A stretch of 64,000 nt of DNA from an uncultured Verrucomicrobiota bacterium (GTDB taxonomy: Bacteria > Verrucomicrobiota > Verrucomicrobiia > Limisphaerales > MWDV01). The DNA is taken from the NCBI GenBank assembly GCA_964548925.1, contig CAZJTM010000003.1:16155-80154 (forward strand), read 5' to 3'. Below, one piece after another: positions 8,477 through 17,823 of the stretch. The notes beneath the pieces are model-generated. The model made no database searches, was not told the DNA's origin, and was given only the letters and a program-made list of their open reading frames with translations. How positions within the stretch are numbered: the first letter of the stretch is position 1; each line of letters begins with the position of its first letter. Made by a program: the position numbers and the translations under genes.

Positions 8477-10230
8477 CGTTTGTCCGTAGCAGCCGACGTG
8501 AGGAGGCTCTGATTTTCTTTTGAAATGTCGGCACGCTCGCCCTCACCCTGGCCCTCTCCCCCGGGGAGAGGGCACAGCAGTTGTCCGCTCTGGATTGCGC
8601 CAAAGCCACCCTGCCTAATTCCATCTTCAGATGTGCCAAAAGACTGCGAACGATTCTCCCTCTCCTGGGGGAGAGGGCCGGGGTGAGGGCGGTCCAACGG
8701 ACCATTCTTTACAACCACTTCACGAGTTTTCATCGTCGACATCTTCACAATCTGCTCCGTCACGGGCTTGATCTTCTCTGTCAGCAGGCTCGGGAAGGAG
8801 CCGAAGAGGAGCAAGCTGGCGAGCAGCACTGCGTGGGGCAGCTTGCGCCAGAGACTCGCGTCCGCGAGGTTCGACCATTTCTCGGGCATCGGTCCGTGCA
8901 AGACCGTCCGCGCCATCCGCAACATGTAAACCGCCCCGATCAGCAGCGCACCCCAGACTGCCAGCACCGTCACGATCCGCAATGAGGGTTCCTTCCACGC
9001 GCCGAAAAACACCGTGACTTCGCCGACGAAATTGAGAAAGCCGGGCAAGCCGCATCCGGCCAGCGCCGCCATTGTCAGCGCCACGCCAATGAAACGCAGC
9101 TTCTTCGCCAGCCCCCCGAGGTCACTCATTTCCAACGTGCCGGTCTGGCTGTAAATATAGCCATTCAGACCGAAGAACAGCGCCGCCAGGAAGCCGTGGG
9201 CGACCATGATGACCACCGCGCCGGTCACACCGATGAGGTTCAGGCTTGCGATGCCGAGGAAGATCATGCCCATGTGCGCCACGCTGGAATTACCGATGAG
9301 CAGGTTGAGATTCTTCTGCCGCATCGCCACCCAGCCGACGTAGAGGATGTTGCCCAAGCACAGCCACGCTAGGATGTGCATCCAGCTTTGCGCGGCTTGC
9401 GGCATCAATGGCAGCGCCACGCGGATCAGACCGTAAAGCCCGAACTTCTTCAGCACGCCGGCGTGCAACATCGCCGTCGCGCTCGGCGCCGAGCCGTAAC
9501 CCAGTGCCGCCCACGAGTGGAACGGCCAGAGTGATACGAGAATTCCAAATCCGAACAGCAGCAGCGGGAAGATGAAGTTCTGCGCGCTCGCGGCCATCGT
9601 GTGTTCGGCGAAATACTTCGTCAGCGTCGGGATATCAAAGGTGCGGACGACCGCCGGCACTTGCAGGTAAAGCGCGATGAGGCCGATGAGCGCTAGCAAC
9701 GCACCAACGCTCAGGTAGAGCGTGATTTGGAACGTCGCGTAGTTCTTCCGCTCGCCGCGACCCCACACGCCGATCATGATGAAGGTCGGCACGAGCGCAA
9801 GTTCGTGGAAGAAATAGAAGAAAAACAGGTCAAGCGACATGAACGCGCCGAGGATGCCGCCGGACATCGTCAGCAGCAGGATGTAAAATTCCTTCTCGCG
9901 CGTTTTGATCTCGAACGAGCAACAGGCCGCCGCGAACGCGACAATCGCGCCCATCAACACCAGGCCAACGTTCAAGCCGTCCACGCCCAGTTTACAGGCA
10001 ATGCCGAGCGATTCCGCGCCCAGCCAGGGAATCATGCTGACGAATTTGTAGCCGCTGGCGTCTGCCGTCGCGCCGTTGAACTGGCAGAACATCAGCACGG
10101 CGAGCAGCATCGTGACGAACGTCACACCCAGCGCCACGGCGCGCATGATGACGGCAAAATTGCGCGGCACCAACGCCAGCGCGATTGCGGCGAGTAGCGG
10201 CAGCAGGAATATGAGTGGCAGGGTTGTCAT
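8473..10230 (-). CDS. nuoM: NADH-quinone oxidoreductase subunit M (ATG 10230 preferred over track start 10260)
   Basis: Antiporter-like subunit. The start MTTLPLIFLL is preferred because the 10 upstream codons translate a repeat arm. The last ~88 codons translate dispersed repeats (see findings). Confidence 0.88.
   Translation of the reverse strand: MTTLPLIFLLPLLAAIALALVPRNFAVIMRAVALGVTFVTMLLAVLMFCQFNGATADASGYKFVSMIPWLGAESLGIACKLGVDGLNVGLVLMGAIVAFAAACCSFEIKTREKEFYILLLTMSGGILGAFMSLDLFFFYFFHELALVPTFIMIGVWGRGERKNYATFQITLYLSVGALLALIGLIALYLQVPAVVRTFDIPTLTKYFAEHTMAASAQNFIFPLLLFGFGILVSLWPFHSWAALGYGSAPSATAMLHAGVLKKFGLYGLIRVALPLMPQAAQSWMHILAWLCLGNILYVGWVAMRQKNLNLLIGNSSVAHMGMIFLGIASLNLIGVTGAVVIMVAHGFLAALFFGLNGYIYSQTGTLEMSDLGGLAKKLRFIGVALTMAALAGCGLPGFLNFVGEVTVFFGAWKEPSLRIVTVLAVWGALLIGAVYMLRMARTVLHGPMPEKWSNLADASLWRKLPHAVLLASLLLFGSFPSLLTEKIKPVTEQIVKMSTMKTREVVVKNGPLDRPHPGPLPQERENRSQSFGTSEDGIRQGGFGAIQSGQLLCPLPGGEGQGEGERADISKENQSLLTSAATDKR
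8486..8691. repeat. Composite palindromic repeats inside the nuoM 3' coding tail (family D half-site plus family C double hairpin)
   Basis: Positions 8486-8515 (gtagcagccgacgtgaggaggctctgattt) are identical to 25031-25060. Positions 8538-8573 (cgccctcaccctggccctctcccccggggagagggc) and 8656-8691 (ctccctctcctgggggagagggccggggtgagggcg) are mutually inverted. Each also contains its own short palindrome. Confidence 0.85.
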
Positions 10231-10235
10231 TCTCT

Positions 10236-10320
10236 TTAACGCAAAGGCGCAAAGGGGCAAAGGCGCAAAGGAAAACCTTTTTGCTCTCCGCGTCTTTGCG
10301 TCTTTGCGTCTTTGCGTTTA
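10236..10320. repeat. Family A palindromic element, copy A1 (AACGCAAAGNCGCAAAG arms)
   Basis: Left arm ttaacgcaaaggcgcaaaggggcaaaggcgcaaagg. Right arm cgtctttgcgtctttgcgtctttgcgttta. It fills the GxxExxY-stop to nuoM-start gap. Confidence 0.9.
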
Positions 10321-10327
10321 TTCATGG

Positions 10328-10774
10328 TCATGGATTCTGGACGTTGTCCGTCTTGTCGTTCCGCTTCGGCTGGCGTTTGAAATCCACATCGTCCGGTAAT
10401 CCATTCACCACGCGATGAATTCCATTCTTCACGAGTCTTTCGCCAAAATTGATTACCAGTCCGAGCTTGAGACCGGTGAGTCGCAAGTAGGTTTGCATCT
10501 GCGCTTCGAAGATCGGATTCCATTCCGCAACAGCCTTGTTGTCCACCAGCACCAAACTTTCGACTTTCATGTCGAGCCGAAGCGGTTTGCTCAGAATGCG
10601 TCCCTTGTAGTTGATGCGGACGGGAAGTTGACGTTCCACTTTCAATCCGCGCAGCCCCATCTCTTCGGCTAGGGCTTCTTCATAAACATCCTCACGCAAA
10701 CCCGGCCCGCCGAGTTCACGATGCACTTCTATCGCGGCGTCCACGATGATCCTGGCGATTTCGTTCTCGGTCAT
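10328..10774 (-). CDS. GxxExxY family protein (PD-(D/E)XK-like)
   Basis: 148 aa with the typical N terminus EIARIIVDAAIEVHRELGGPGLREDVYEEAL, containing G-L-R-E-D-V-Y. Bracketed by family A copies A1 and A2. Lies between nuoL and nuoM. Confidence 0.8.
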   Translation of the reverse strand: MTENEIARIIVDAAIEVHRELGGPGLREDVYEEALAEEMGLRGLKVERQLPVRINYKGRILSKPLRLDMKVESLVLVDNKAVAEWNPIFEAQMQTYLRLTGLKLGLVINFGERLVKNGIHRVVNGLPDDVDFKRQPKRNDKTDNVQNP

Positions 10775-10797
10775 CGCGCACCGCCTTTCGCAAATTC

Positions 10798-10888
10798 TTT
10801 TAACGCAAAGTCGCTAAGACGCAAAGACGCCAAGGAAAAACAAAGTCTTCCCTCTTTGCGCCTTTGCGTCTTTGCGTCTTTGCGTTGA
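10798..10888. repeat. Family A palindromic element, copy A2
   Basis: Arms tttaacgcaaagtcgctaagacgcaaagacgccaagg and ctctttgcgcctttgcgtctttgcgtctttgcgttgaa. Confidence 0.9.
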
Positions 10889-10911
10889 ATTCTCATGTTA
10901 TTTCAAAAACA

Positions 10912-11330
10912 CTAGAGTTTGGAACGGTCCCGGATAGCGTCAACCAAACCGAGTTTGCGGAACTCTTCGTGAATCCAGATTTCAGTTCCTGCGACTGCTC
11001 CGCCCTTCCCTCCCGCAACGCCTTCTCCAACGCGCCGTCGTTCGTAGTAAATGTGAGCCATGTCCGGTGAATCCCAAGTCTTGGCGTCCAAGTCCAACAG
11101 AAGCTGTCGCAGGATTTCTTCTGAACATTTCACTTTGCTCGCAGCACATACAACGAAGATTTGCCCGCCGTCATCGCCTTCCATAACAACGACTCCGTCT
11201 GGCTGTGACTTGGCTTCTGCCAGCGACTTGAACGAGACGTAAGAAGATCCTTCGGCTTCTGCCATCATCTTCCGCACACCACTTTCATGGTCAGGAAGAT
11301 TGTCGCCGGTAAAAATGGTTTTCTTTGTGT

Positions 11331-11334
<4 letters not shown>
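10912..11334 (-). CDS. Hypothetical 140-aa protein translationally coupled to nuoL
   Basis: Internal ATG at 11334 (MNTKKTIFTGDN..) overlaps the nuoL stop as ATGA (11331-11334). The longer track ORF (to 11487) would overlap nuoL with an Arg-rich shadow. No family recognised. Visibly AT-richer than nuoL. Confidence 0.5.
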
Positions 11335-13205
<1,871 letters not shown>

Positions 13206-13213
13206 CCGGTTTC

Positions 13214-13400
13214 CTAACGCAAAGGCGCAAAGGCGCAAAGACGCAAAGCTTCGGAGCGCGACTGTGTGCGAAGCACCAGTCGCAGCACTTCCGCAACGCT
13301 GACGCGCTGCGGCTGGGTCTGCGACCACAGCCGCGCTCCGATAATTCGCAGCAGACTTTTGATTTTTCCGCGTCTTTGCGTCATTGCGTCTTTGCGTTGA
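13214..13400. repeat. Family A copy A3 with family B element (13250-13340) nested in its loop
   Basis: Arms ctaacgcaaaggcgcaaaggcgcaaagacgcaaagc and cgcgtctttgcgtcattgcgtctttgcgttga. The inner element cggagcgcgactgtgtgcgaagcaccagtcgcag...ctgcgaccacagccgcgctccg is self-complementary. Confidence 0.9.
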
Positions 13401-13419
13401 ATTGCTTGGCCTTTCACAA

Positions 13420-13725
13420 TCAAAGTTTCATCGAGGTCAAATCTTCCACGTGCGCGGACTGGCGCTTCCGATAAAGGGCAACGATCAACGCCAGACCGAC
13501 CGCCACTTCCGCCGCCGCCACGGTGATGATGAAGAACACCATCACCTGGCCGTTGAGGTTGTCGTTGAACCGCGAAAAGGAAACCAGCGCCAGGTTCGCC
13601 GAGTTGAGCATCAACTCCAGTGACATATACATCACGAGCAAGTTGCGCCGGGTGATGACGCCAAACAAACCCAGCGCGAACAGCAGCGCGCTCACGACCA
13701 AGTAATGTTCCAGCCCTACGTTCAT
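13420..13725 (-). CDS. nuoK: NADH-quinone oxidoreductase subunit K (ATG 13725 preferred)
   Basis: 101 aa, [45 protein letters not shown]. The upstream 48 track codons translate repeats. Confidence 0.92.
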   Translation of the reverse strand: MNVGLEHYLVVSALLFALGLFGVITRRNLLVMYMSLELMLNSANLALVSFSRFNDNLNGQVMVFFIITVAAAEVAVGLALIVALYRKRQSAHVEDLTSMKL

Positions 13726-13729
13726 GTTT

Positions 13730-13920
13730 CTTAACGCAAAAACGCAGAGACGCAAAAGCGCGAAGATTCGGAGCGCGACTGTATGCGAAGCACCAGTGGC
13801 AGCACCTCCGCAACGTCGCCGCGCTGCGGTCGGGTCTGCGACCACAGACGCCCATTGTTCAGTTCCCAATTCACATTCATTTCTTTGCGTCTTGCTGACT
13901 TGGCGCCTTTGCGTTCATTT
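13730..13920. repeat. Family A copy A4 with family B element (13767-13850) nested
   Basis: Arms cttaacgcaaaaacgcagagacgcaaaagcgcgaag and ttctttgcgtcttgctgacttggcgcctttgcgttca. The right arm overlaps the nuoJ stop codon (13915-13917). The inner element is about 85% similar by eye to 13250-13340. Confidence 0.85.
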
Positions 13921-14430
13921 CAAGTCCCTCTTGCTAAGCAAAATCACGCCCACCATCGCCACGAGGAGGAGGATGGAGACGATTTCAAACGGCAACAGGT
14001 AATTCGTAAACAGCATCCTGCCGAGCGCGGCGGGGTCGCCGACAGCGGTGGGGGCGGGCACGTTTTCGCCGGGCTTGGTCGCGAGCAGCGACCGAATGAA
14101 GATGGCGACGATGGCGCCCACGGAGATCAATCCAGCGACAAGCCCGAGCTTTTTGACCTTGCGACGCTCTTCCTCTTTCAAATCGAGCAGCATGATGACG
14201 AAGAGGAACAGCACCATCACCGCGCCGGCATAGACCAGCACCTGCACCGCCGCGAGAAAGAACGCGTGCAGCAAGACGAACAAGCCCGCCATCGAGATGA
14301 TCGTGAGCACGAGGAACATCGCGCTCGTGACCGGATTGCGGCTGAACGGGTTCGCGACGACCAGCGCCCCGCACGCGAGCGTCAGGAACGCGAAGACGTA
14401 AAACAAAATGTTGGGCAATTGATCCGGCAT
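13915..14430 (-). CDS. nuoJ: NADH-quinone oxidoreductase subunit J (ATG 14430 preferred)
   Basis: 171 aa, MPDQLPNILFYVFAFLTLACGALVVANPFSRNPVTSAM. The upstream 52 track codons translate repeat A5. Confidence 0.9.
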   Translation of the reverse strand: MPDQLPNILFYVFAFLTLACGALVVANPFSRNPVTSAMFLVLTIISMAGLFVLLHAFFLAAVQVLVYAGAVMVLFLFVIMLLDLKEEERRKVKKLGLVAGLISVGAIVAIFIRSLLATKPGENVPAPTAVGDPAALGRMLFTNYLLPFEIVSILLLVAMVGVILLSKRDLK

Positions 14431-14433
14431 TTT

Positions 14434-14514
14434 CTTTAACGCAAAGCCGCAAAGCCGCAACGACGGAGAGCAAAATCTCCTTTGCGACTTTGCGACTTTG
14501 CGTCTTTGCGTTGA
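14434..14514. repeat. Family A palindromic element, copy A5
   Basis: Arms ctttaacgcaaagccgcaaagccgcaacg and cctttgcgactttgcgactttgcgtctttgcgttga. It fills the nuoI-nuoJ gap. Confidence 0.9.
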
Positions 14515-14528
14515 TTCAGTTTCATCCG

Positions 14529-15071
14529 TCAGACCTTCACCGGGAAATTTTCCTGCGCCTTGGCCTCTTCCAGTTTGTGCTTCCACTTTTGCACACCCGC
14601 GTGGACGCCGCCGAGCGTGAGGAGTTTTTCCTTGTTGTAGATCATTTCCTGCCGGCTCGTGCCGGTAAGCGAATAATCCTTTTGCAGGAAGATGGCTTCC
14701 TCGGGGCAGACTTCCTGGCAGAAGCCGCAGAAGATGCAGCGGAGCATGTTGATCTCGAATTCGAGCGGCATCTTCTCAGCGTTCGGACGATCAGCCGAGG
14801 GGCCGGCTGGGCCGGGCGGCGTGATCTTGATGGCCTTGGGCGGGCAAACGAATTCGCAGAGCTGGCAGGAGACGCACTTGGTGTTGCCGTCCTGATCCCG
14901 CACGAGATACGGCGCGCCACGGTATCCGGGCGGCACGACCCATTTCTCTTCGGGATACTGCATCGTCACCTTCTTCTTGAAGAAGTGGCGCAGCGTGACC
15001 TTGAACCCGCCGATGATGGCCGGCAGGTAAAGCCGCTCCCAGAGATTCAAGGGTCTGCGTTTGACAATCAT
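14529..15071 (-). CDS. nuoI: NADH-quinone oxidoreductase subunit I
   Basis: Two 4Fe-4S ferredoxin motifs: CVSCQLCEFVCP and CIFCGFCQEVCP. Confidence 0.95.
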   Translation of the reverse strand: MIVKRRPLNLWERLYLPAIIGGFKVTLRHFFKKKVTMQYPEEKWVVPPGYRGAPYLVRDQDGNTKCVSCQLCEFVCPPKAIKITPPGPAGPSADRPNAEKMPLEFEINMLRCIFCGFCQEVCPEEAIFLQKDYSLTGTSRQEMIYNKEKLLTLGGVHAGVQKWKHKLEEAKAQENFPVKV

Positions 15072-15346
15072 GCGGCAACAGCCTCACGGCGCTGTTTGAG
15101 AAACTCGATGGAGGGTTTTCCGAGCGCCAGGCCTTTGGCGCTCAAATCCTCGTCCACCTCGGGCCAATGGACGCCGAAGCCCATGCCCAGCAGTTCATAA
15201 TGATCACGTTGTGCCTGCGTCGCCCGAAACAACCGCGGGAACCACATCAACGGCAACGCCACGGAGCGTCCGTCGTCGAAATCAACCTTCAACGTGTCCG
15301 GCGTGCTGCTCACGCGAACCACCCGAATCTCATCCAAAGTATTCAT
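15068..15346 (-). CDS. DUF2442-like small protein
   Basis: 92 aa. VRVSSTPDTLKVDFDDGRSVALPLMWFPRLFRATQAQRDHYELLGMGFGVHWPEVDEDLS matches the family pattern as I recall it. The stop overlaps the nuoI ATG (ATGA). Confidence 0.75.
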   Translation of the reverse strand: MNTLDEIRVVRVSSTPDTLKVDFDDGRSVALPLMWFPRLFRATQAQRDHYELLGMGFGVHWPEVDEDLSAKGLALGKPSIEFLKQRREAVAA

Positions 15347-15563
15347 GCCATGCTCTCAGCAGCTCAGGTTGGAATTGGGTCAGGATATCGTGGATCTCGT
15401 TGAGTTCATGCCGGGAAAAGCCCACGTTCCGCGCGAGCTGTACCGGCTCAATCCAGAACTTGGCTTGATGGCTGTCCTTGTCCGCGTGGACATGGGGTGG
15501 CTCGTCGCCATCGGCGCTGAAGAAGCCGATGCGATAGCCTTTGATGCGCAATACTGTTGGCAT
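15330..15563 (-). CDS. DUF4160-like small protein (ATG 15563 preferred)
   Basis: 77 aa. MPTVLRIKGYRIGFFSADGDEPPHVHADKDSHQAKFWI is the typical family N terminus. It starts 7 nt after the nuoH stop and overlaps the DUF2442 gene by 17 nt. Confidence 0.78.
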   Translation of the reverse strand: MPTVLRIKGYRIGFFSADGDEPPHVHADKDSHQAKFWIEPVQLARNVGFSRHELNEIHDILTQFQPELLRAWHEYFG

Positions 15564-15570
15564 TTCTTTA

Positions 15571-16641
15571 TCATCGTGCCAGCCACCACAACCATATCGC
15601 CGTGACCACGATGTTCGCCAGCGCGATCGGGATGAAGCGCAGCCAGCCAAGATTCATGAGTTGGTCATAACGAAAACGCGGCCACATCCAGCGCACCCAG
15701 ATGAACATCACCAGGAACGCGAAGACCTTGGCCAGGAAGATCGCGATATGCATCACCCCGCCGAGCAAGGTGGCTGCGGGTTGATCAAGGCCGAACCACG
15801 GCAGCGTCCAGCCGCCGAAGAACAGCGTCACCATCATGGCCGAGGCGAGGATCATGTTCGCGTATTCGCCCATGAAGAACAGGGCGAACTTGATGGAGCT
15901 GTATTCGATGTTGTAGCCGCCGGCGAGTTCCTGCTCGGCTTCGGGCAGGTCGAACGGCGTGCGGTTCGTTTCCGCAAATGCCGCGCCGAGGAAGATGACG
16001 AACGACAGGAACGTCATCGGGTTCTGGCAGACGAACCAGTTGGGCAGGAAGCGAAATTGCGTCCCGGTTTGCGCGCTGATGACTTCGCTCAAGTTGAGGC
16101 TGCCGACACACAGGAAGATCGGGATCACGCTCATGCCCATGGCGATTTCGTAGGAGATCATCTGCGCCGTCGAGCGGATGCCGCCGAGAAACGGATACTT
16201 GGAGTTCGCCGCGTAACCCGCCAGCACGATGCTATAGACCCCGAGCGAAACGATGCCGAACGTGTAAAGGATGCCGATGTTCAGGTCCGCCAGCACCATG
16301 CTTTGCTTGCCGATCTGCGAGCCGAACGGAATCACCGCGAGGTTCAGGATCGCCGGGATGAGCGCGAGGGCCGGCGCGAGGACGTAGAAAACCTTGCGGA
16401 CGTGTGCCGGCGTCATTTCTTCCTTGAAGAACGCCTTTACGGCATCGGCGGCGGGCTGGAGCAAGCCAAACGGCCCGGCGCGATTTGGTCCGATGCGGTC
16501 CTGGATGAACGCGCACACGCGCCGCTCCACCAGCACGATGTAAGCGACCATGAACATCAGCACACTGAACGCGGCCACGGCTTTCACGCCCGTGAAGATC
16601 ACGAACTGCGTTGTCGCATCCAGGTTGTTGAGCCAGTCCAT
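15571..16641 (-). CDS. nuoH: NADH-quinone oxidoreductase subunit H
   Basis: 356-aa ND1-like polytopic protein (ERRVCAFIQDRIGPNRAGPFGLLQP, YPFLGGIRSTAQMISYE). Confidence 0.95.
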   Translation of the reverse strand: MDWLNNLDATTQFVIFTGVKAVAAFSVLMFMVAYIVLVERRVCAFIQDRIGPNRAGPFGLLQPAADAVKAFFKEEMTPAHVRKVFYVLAPALALIPAILNLAVIPFGSQIGKQSMVLADLNIGILYTFGIVSLGVYSIVLAGYAANSKYPFLGGIRSTAQMISYEIAMGMSVIPIFLCVGSLNLSEVISAQTGTQFRFLPNWFVCQNPMTFLSFVIFLGAAFAETNRTPFDLPEAEQELAGGYNIEYSSIKFALFFMGEYANMILASAMMVTLFFGGWTLPWFGLDQPAATLLGGVMHIAIFLAKVFAFLVMFIWVRWMWPRFRYDQLMNLGWLRFIPIALANIVVTAIWLWWLAR

Positions 16642-17691
16642 CTAGTCTTTCTCCGAAAGCACCCGTTCCAATTCGGCCGGCGCGGGCAGCAGCTTGGCCA
16701 GAGGCTTTGGCAAGCGGTCCGTCAGCTTGTATTCCGCCACGCCGATGGGTTTGCGCAAGTCGCGCAACGCATACTCGACGACCGTGCGGCCTTTACCCTT
16801 GCACAGGATCAACCCGACCGACGGTTGGTCGTCCGGGTGCCGGACCTGTGCGTCGAGCGCCGACAAGTAGAAATTCATCTTGCCCGCGAACTCCGGCTCG
16901 AAATCACGCATCTTCAGGTCAATCGCGAAGAGGCAGCGCAGACGGTGATGAAAGAACAGCAAGTCCACGCGGAAATCCCGTCCGTCCACTTCGAGGCCAT
17001 ACTCGCTGCCGAGCAAGGCGAAGCCCGCGCCGAGTTCGAGCAGGAAATCTTTCAGCCGCTCCAGCAACGCGCGCTGGAGTTCCCGCTCCTTGGCCTGTTT
17101 CCTCACTTGCAGGAAATCGAAGACATAGGGGTCTTTCAAGGTCTGCGCGACCAACTCGGACTGTTTCGCGGGCAGCGTGTGCTTGAAGTTGTTTGCCTTG
17201 AGCGCGCCGGCCTGACGGCGATGCAAGCCGGTTTCAATCTGATGCACCAGCACCGCGCGCGACCAGCCGTTCGCGATCGTTTGCCGCGCATACCAGATGC
17301 GCTCGGCGGGGCTCTTAACGGAGTTCAACAGGACCAGATTGTGCCCCCACGGAATTTCTGCGACAAGCTGTCGCAGAATTTGGCGGTTGCGGTACGCCTC
17401 GAAGAAACGCCGCATGTCCCAGAGGTTGCGCGCGGAGAATCCCATCATCTCTGGAAACTCACGGCGCAAGTCCGCCGACAGTCTTTGAATCACGGCGTCG
17501 CCCCACCCAGCCGATTCCTGCCGTTCCATGATGCCCTTCCCGATTTCCCAATAGAGCACCACCATCTCGCGGTTCGCTGACAACGCAGCCTTGACCTGCG
17601 CCAAGCGGATACGCGACTTCAACTGCTGAAGCCAGGTCGCGTAACCCTTGGGCAGGGTTGGCGTCAAACTGCGTTGTTTCATTCGAGCCAT
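16642..17691 (-). CDS. DUF1016/YhcG-like PD-(D/E)XK nuclease (ATG 17691 preferred; track start 17805)
   Basis: YhcG-like N-terminal region (YWEIGKGIMERQ..WGDAVIQRLSADLRREFPEMMGFSARNLWDMRRFF). C-terminal nuclease core (FAIDLKMRDFEPEFAGKMNFYLSALD). The TAG stop abuts the nuoH ATG with a 0-nt spacer. Confidence 0.8.
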   Translation of the reverse strand: MARMKQRSLTPTLPKGYATWLQQLKSRIRLAQVKAALSANREMVVLYWEIGKGIMERQESAGWGDAVIQRLSADLRREFPEMMGFSARNLWDMRRFFEAYRNRQILRQLVAEIPWGHNLVLLNSVKSPAERIWYARQTIANGWSRAVLVHQIETGLHRRQAGALKANNFKHTLPAKQSELVAQTLKDPYVFDFLQVRKQAKERELQRALLERLKDFLLELGAGFALLGSEYGLEVDGRDFRVDLLFFHHRLRCLFAIDLKMRDFEPEFAGKMNFYLSALDAQVRHPDDQPSVGLILCKGKGRTVVEYALRDLRKPIGVAEYKLTDRLPKPLAKLLPAPAELERVLSEKD

Positions 17692-17823
17692 GTCTGGCAA
17701 ATCACCGCCGCACCGCTTGTCCAACAGCCTGTTGGACTTTTCGCCCGACGTCAGGCCAAATTCTGCGACAACCTGCCGCAGAATTAGTGCAACAAGCTGT
17801 TGCACAAATCAGCCTGCGCCGAT

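Noticed and set aside
8187-8705. 172-aa minus-strand ORF overlapping the nuoM/nuoN junction
   Set aside because: It is an alternative frame through the family C/D repeats (..LTPALSPRRGRIV..) and through nuoN. It has no independent support.
13206-13328. N-terminal extensions of track ORFs for nuoL, nuoK, nuoJ, nuoM, nuoC, coaX and others (e.g. [41 protein letters not shown]-)
   Set aside because: The extensions translate the palindromic repeats, and the same pseudo-peptides recur upstream of unrelated genes. Conserved protein N termini begin at internal ATG or GTG codons immediately after the repeat.
15541-17580. 679-aa plus-strand ORF, the longest in this part of the track
   Set aside because: It lies antisense to nuoH and the DUF1016 gene. 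Its composition is dominated by R/H/D/E/Q runs typical of shadow frames in high-GC DNA. The minus-strand frames carry unmistakable NuoH and YhcG-like motifs.
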